A stretch of 64,000 nucleotides of DNA from a virus. Below are positions 60,101 through 64,000 of this stretch, piece after piece (position 1 is the first letter of the stretch; every line of letters starts with the position of its first letter). The notes beneath the pieces were generated by a model, which was given only the letters and a program-made list of their open reading frames with translations, made no database searches and was not told where the DNA came from. The stretch covers positions 1 through 64,000 of the IMG/VR virus record IMGVR_UViG_3300034022_000278; one strand, 5' to 3'. The position numbers and the translations under genes are program-made.

Positions 60101-63100
60101 TTTCTGATAAAGTATTTATAGTAGATGGTTGTATAGTAGGCACTCCTTGTGTATTAGGTTTATTTTTTAATGCATCATATTTCTTTTGACCAGTTTTAGC
60201 ATTCATTGCTTTTAAAATACCATTTCCTTGAGCATATTCTGCTTTAAGTACTTTGCCATTACCGTCTACTTGGAACTTATAACTATTGCCGAATTCAAAG
60301 AATTCTTTAGTGTCTATATTGTTTTCCTTAAGAGTTTCTTGATTAGCTTGAATTAAATCCATTGTACTTTTAACAGTACTAGCTAATGCAGAACCTGGTT
60401 TAATATCTAGCCCTAAAGCATTAAGTAAATCTGCTAATAATTCTTTTAATTGTTCCCAAATAGATATTCCTGCTTCATCAGTAATACTATTTAAATGTTC
60501 TTGAAAACCTATATCTGTAAGAGCCATTGTGACAAACTCTTCTAATTTAATAGCACCGTAGTATTTACTTAGATACTCAGGTAGATTTTTTGTATCAGGA
60601 CTAAATACTGTAGATCTGCCTTCTTTAAAATTTGTATATAATCGTTGAAATTCTTTTAATCCTTCATCACCTTCTTTAGCTATTAATTGATTAATATATA
60701 ATTTTTGAAGAGACTCTAATTTTTGTATAGCATCAATTGTTTTAGCAGAAAGCCCATCAATATTACCCGATTGGTATGCTTTAATACTAGCAGCAGTGAA
60801 AGTATGAATTAACTCATGCGCAGCTACTACAGCTAAACCATTAGCATCTTGATTTCTTGGATGATTTAAGTTTATATTTAAAGTTCCTGTAGATGCGCTG
60901 TAAGATCCTCTACTAGTAGTTTTATTATAAGTAACATTAAAGTTTTCAGGTAATTGCAATCCTCTAATTATTTGTAATAATTGACGATTAAGAGTAGATA
61001 CTCCTTCAGCTGTTTCTATATTATTTAATAAATCATCAAGAGCTTCTGCAGTACCTGCTAAGTTTCTAGATATTCCTAAATCTGCAATAGTATCCTTTTT
61101 AGCAGTATTATTTACTACGTTAATTTTAAATTCTTTTGACGGAGTAACTGGTACACCAGATATTGTATAACCAGGAGCTCCTTGTTGAGGTAGTGGAGAA
61201 GTGACTACATTTTTAATTTCAGCAGGCATTGCATTTCTAGCCTGAGAATTATAACCTACAAATCCGTAACTACCCGATAAAACAGGAATTCTACGATAAA
61301 CTCTATCTACACTATCAAATTCGTATAAAGCATATTTAGAAGGTAACTTAGTATCATAAATGCTTAAGAAATGCGTTTGTGTTAATGTAGGCTCTCCTGT
61401 ATTAGGGTCAGTAACTTCTACAAAGTTATCTTTTAATGCTTCTTCATTTAACGTAAAGCTTCCTTCAGGAGATGCTACTATATTTCCTTTTAAATTACTT
61501 AAACTAACTGTTTTAGTTTTATCAGGATTATTTTGTAAATATTGTCTAGTAAATGCAGAAGGTTGTGAATAAATAGGACCATCCTCTGCTACGTTTCCGT
61601 AGAAAGTATTTACAAAGTCAAACGGTACTCCTTGTAAGTATTCACCAAATCCTAATGATTTTAAATATGCAGTAGGAACAAATTTCAAATATTGCTTAGA
61701 ACCTTGTTTACCTCCTTCAAGGAAAGCTGCTGCTACAAGTTCTTGTGCCAACATACGACTAGTATAGTCAATGCCGTTAAACCTTCCTACAGAGAAGTTT
61801 TTGCTTAGTAAGTAATTAAATCCATCGTAGATATTTCTTTCGTCGAAATTCTCTCCTGCAGCTGCTTCAAAGTTAATTCTAGAAATAGTACCGTTTTTGT
61901 TAATATCAAAAGAAAGTTTGTTAAGGAATCCATTCTTTTGAAACCAAGGGTTGGTAGATAACCCATTTAAAATAGTAGCCAAACTATCATTTTTAGGCTT
62001 AGTAGCAGTTTTCTTAGAATCAATAAATAATCTTCTTCTTTCTACGTCTGGGTTTTCTCCAAATAGATTAGTATTAGTATTGGCATATAAATAAGAACGC
62101 ATTTCATTAAATACTTCTCCTTGAGTTTCTACTAATTTAGACATACTCATAGAAGCCCCTTTAGGCAAATGTGTTCTTACTTCAGATATAATTGTTTTAA
62201 ATCCTACATTTTTATATGGAAAATACTCATTAAAAATTTGATCGGCAAACATCGTACCGTAGTAAGAAGCATATCCGTTAATAGTAGTAGGATCAGCAAG
62301 TTTACCTTCTGAATATTCCCCCAGTAATTTTTGCGCATTAAATATTTGTAAATAAGGTAATCTTTGTATTTGTTCTACTTTACTTTCAGTCTCTAGTAAA
62401 GATTTAGGAATACCACTAGACTCAGTATTAATAGTAGACTGTAGTACCTTAATATTTTTACCAATTTCTGTTAAATTTTGGAATTTCTCTAATAATGCTA
62501 ATTGCTCTAAATTAAAATCAGGCGTATTATCCTTCGGATCAATAGTTAAACTCTTATTTTTAATATTATTTATTAAATCCTCACCAGATTTAGAAGACAT
62601 TTGTTCTAATATACTAGGATTTAATTCTTGATAAGTTCCTTTAGGGTCGTATTTTGCAGCTAATGCTGTAAAAATATCTTTCTCTGCATTTGGATTATAA
62701 GAAGTTAGAGAAGATCGTGCATCTCTTAATTTATCCACATATTCCCAGATAATCTCTTGAGTTATTAATCCTACTATTTCTTTTTCTTCAAACCCTAATA
62801 ATGTTAGGGCCCGAATTACATCAAAAGTTTCATCATTAATATTTAATTTATCTAATATCTGTGCTTTTTCGTTATCCACAGCTGTAGATTGTAGAGCTCT
62901 AATAATAGTAGACTTAAATTTCAAAGATTCTTTCTCTTTATCCGTTAATTCTCTTTTCTCTGCTTTAGCTTTATTTATAAGATTCTGAGATTTTAATGTG
63001 TATTTACCTGATATATCTCCTTTAGATTCTACTTCACCAAATGTAGCTAATGGTAAATTATTTTCTAGTAACTCTGCAGTTGTAGGAACTCTAGGGTCTA

Positions 63101-64000
63101 AGAATGTTCCAAATAAAGCTTCTCTAGTTTCTTCTGTTAGATTTTCAAGAGTAATTTCCTTACCCTGTGCGGTAGCATTAAAAGTAGAATCTAGTGAAAA
63201 AGACCCTACTCCATTTTTACCAGCAGTAGCATTGATAAATTTAGTACGTTGGTAGCTATCGGATAGGATAATAGGTAAGGCTTTATCAGCATTTCTACTG
63301 TTATTAATTTCTGAGGCCAAACCTTCAAATTCTCCAAAGGAGTCTAATGCCATTATAGAATTGATAATTTCAGGATTAGAACTTTTCATTATTCTAAGGT
63401 GAATATCTATAATATTATTTTGTCTAGAAGCTTTGTATGATCTTTTAAGTATTGAAATAGTTTCAAAAGTATTATTTAAAGCATCAGCAAGATCTTTGTT
63501 AGATTCTTTAGATAATATCTCTGCAATAACTTCTGAAGCTTTTTTAGCATTCTCACTAACTATTTCTTCACCTGCTTCATTAAGATTAATTTTTTCCTCA
63601 ATATAAGCATCTATTGCTTTTCTATCTTCTTTGTTTAAATTTAATTGCTCTTTTAGGTCTTCTAAATGCTGCGTTTGAATTTTTAAAGATGCAGCAATTT
63701 TCTTTTTATCCGACATAAAACCTGTTTGGATTTTACCGTCTTTATAAAAATGGTTGTACATATAGGTGTACAATTTATCGACATCAAAATCCGATCCCAT
63801 CTGCTTAGTGAAATCCCTCGGTGCTAGCATTAAATCTCCCGAAGCTTCTGGTAAGAAGCCTACTATTTCTACAGCTGCCATAGAGTTACGCTCCTGTGTA
63901 GGAATACGGAAACCAAATAATTGTAATAGTTTTTCTGGAAGTTTAGTTGTATCTAGCAACATTCTTCCATCTTCTCCTTTTATAGTAAATTCTTTTAATG
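57162..64000 (-). CDS. Giant virion RNA polymerase polyprotein (5'-truncated by the window edge) with zincin, ART-like, DUF4326-like and SF1B helicase domains
   Basis: RIPTQ and GSDFDVDK catalytic motif (~63777-63791), HELIH (~60804-60818), LYHGT, FGNPF, then GKGGTGKT/IDESSM/GDRAQLPPV/HKAQGSTY/YVAVSR. The frame stays open to 64000. Confidence 0.85.
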   Translation of the reverse strand, partial: LKEFTIKGEDGRMLLDTTKLPEKLLQLFGFRIPTQERNSMAAVEIVGFLPEASGDLMLAPRDFTKQMGSDFDVDKLYTYMYNHFYKDGKIQTGFMSDKKKIAASLKIQTQHLEDLKEQLNLNKEDRKAIDAYIEEKINLNEAGEEIVSENAKKASEVIAEILSKESNKDLADALNNTFETISILKRSYKASRQNNIIDIHLRIMKSSNPEIINSIMALDSFGEFEGLASEINNSRNADKALPIILSDSYQRTKFINATAGKNGVGSFSLDSTFNATAQGKEITLENLTEETREALFGTFLDPRVPTTAELLENNLPLATFGEVESKGDISGKYTLKSQNLINKAKAEKRELTDKEKESLKFKSTIIRALQSTAVDNEKAQILDKLNINDETFDVIRALTLLGFEEKEIVGLITQEIIWEYVDKLRDARSSLTSYNPNAEKDIFTALAAKYDPKGTYQELNPSILEQMSSKSGEDLINNIKNKSLTIDPKDNTPDFNLEQLALLEKFQNLTEIGKNIKVLQSTINTESSGIPKSLLETESKVEQIQRLPYLQIFNAQKLLGEYSEGKLADPTTINGYASYYGTMFADQIFNEYFPYKNVGFKTIISEVRTHLPKGASMSMSKLVETQGEVFNEMRSYLYANTNTNLFGENPDVERRRLFIDSKKTATKPKNDSLATILNGLSTNPWFQKNGFLNKLSFDINKNGTISRINFEAAAGENFDERNIYDGFNYLLSKNFSVGRFNGIDYTSRMLAQELVAAAFLEGGKQGSKQYLKFVPTAYLKSLGFGEYLQGVPFDFVNTFYGNVAEDGPIYSQPSAFTRQYLQNNPDKTKTVSLSNLKGNIVASPEGSFTLNEEALKDNFVEVTDPNTGEPTLTQTHFLSIYDTKLPSKYALYEFDSVDRVYRRIPVLSGSYGFVGYNSQARNAMPAEIKNVVTSPLPQQGAPGYTISGVPVTPSKEFKINVVNNTAKKDTIADLGISRNLAGTAEALDDLLNNIETAEGVSTLNRQLLQIIRGLQLPENFNVTYNKTTSRGSYSASTGTLNINLNHPRNQDANGLAVVAAHELIHTFTAASIKAYQSGNIDGLSAKTIDAIQKLESLQKLYINQLIAKEGDEGLKEFQRLYTNFKEGRSTVFSPDTKNLPEYLSKYYGAIKLEEFVTMALTDIGFQEHLNSITDEAGISIWEQLKELLADLLNALGLDIKPGSALASTVKSTMDLIQANQETLKENNIDTKEFFEFGNSYKFQVDGNGKVLKAEYAQGNGILKAMNAKTGQKKYDALKNKPNTQGVPTIQPSTINTLSENIKNFVNSVIPNWINDKNNELQLVSEFKTIQLLVQEESSIKDRISFGEEAKTLIKEGLRGKDVFVGTTFKEQIPNLLYAVISGKLAKDGISEADMYSNIFKNTTQPSINIKEGVAELFKANPELAKIGTQEEYSQYLDGVFPNSKVKNILYHGTAAPNVIEQLTPQNDRIYFSDLTTASRYASWDQFNREQYEPGAATKLQSIAAIVNLENPTVLDGVNYTETETNKEGDGIIGTNITDPLGGIEDQILVRSAEQTLALGSAKDIKGFKEFVATKPTSVKPTIDTSREWSGDLKTRPIYTPEGVNTMRTEVANKNEHFGNPFSEAGYGNTRKVPTIQTAVQAYKDWLLTGYATWLDESGEAEDFAGNQEQRKWILDQINQGKLDSAILLYAGKSAARGQGMHPTALAEVVEQLRSTQLSTQQQAPVNTKYEIFPGVFANAGQTIAINKLKEFLNSDEKAFLLEGKGGTGKTTIIKQILSQVGDKRILAIAPSHKAKKVLAKSLKGINADIRTLASALAIKLDESTGKFEPDTFARDKGRVPIKNGQIIVIDESSMVSDELLSEIKKWVSQGAKVIFMGDRAQLPPVGQEKDSDVFGLKNSYTLTEKMRQAATSPIIGIGTKIAANAENNTSRVANPITSVDRVDMYDAVSGSSITWEKSEDTALTQFVEDVQQAKGDVNFAKIVTFNNQNHSSGQSVKNLNRKVRTKLFGDRATTEKFIPGEILTAYDSYNPNQGKEEVDIVFFNSEDMVVVSSEFSPEYLVNVNVYSGAKGTRNKNYKFDVDLLTLKDDAGKIVSQNGNPVKIPIIAESSKEEYAATLKQLWNTDRQLAYALQAKFGNLEYGYALTSHKAQGSTYTNVYVMEDNIMGSSNAGSNKAKNQSLYVAVSRPTTKLVMVSNKNTGKVEAPTGLNLSVLGNLGIDYSTIPTSSYGEDEGNRNENRPSDDDWDAYQKMMGENELLGDFTFDSEEFKNYLLICGK

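Noticed and set aside
1-64000. Stop-codon reassignment (TAG/TGA), as seen in some crAss-like phages
   Set aside because: Long genes are intact under the standard code, TAG and TGA end genes (e.g. primase, SSB), and no suppressor tRNA is evident.

Overview
This is a 64 kb AT-rich segment of a crAss-like (Crassvirales) bacteriophage, most likely infecting a Bacteroidetes/Flavobacteriia host. It uses the standard genetic code. There are three blocks. (1) 1-23030, minus strand: fibre/decoration genes, the conserved crAss capsid module (auxiliary capsid, ring/tubular, gene-75-like, major capsid, scaffold, portal, large terminase), IHF-like/HTH genes and a DnaQ-like exonuclease. (2) 23558-53085, plus strand: a poorly coding, RNA-structure-rich early region with three tRNA-like elements, an array of small genes, and a replication module (PolA, SF2 helicase, DnaB, AAA ATPase, SSB, primase, vWA-metallopeptidase/MoxR, RusA-like, PD-(D/E)xK, UDG-like). 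(3) 53121-64000, minus strand: a large virion cargo protein and the C-terminal part of the giant virion RNA polymerase (DFDVD), fused to zincin, ART-like, DUF4326-like and Dda/RecD-like helicase domains. Most notable observations: a free-standing LAGLIDADG element that appears to have inserted into the 5' end of the vWA-metallopeptidase gene and supplied a replacement N-terminus; a group I intron splitting the same gene's HEXXH motif; a capsid-operon terminator whose loop is complementary to the start regions of two upstream genes; three tRNA scaffolds with non-canonical anticodon arms; a duplicated pseudoknot RNA; and TQPST-delimited domain cassettes in the RNAP polyprotein. All family calls come from motif recognition by eye, without database searches.
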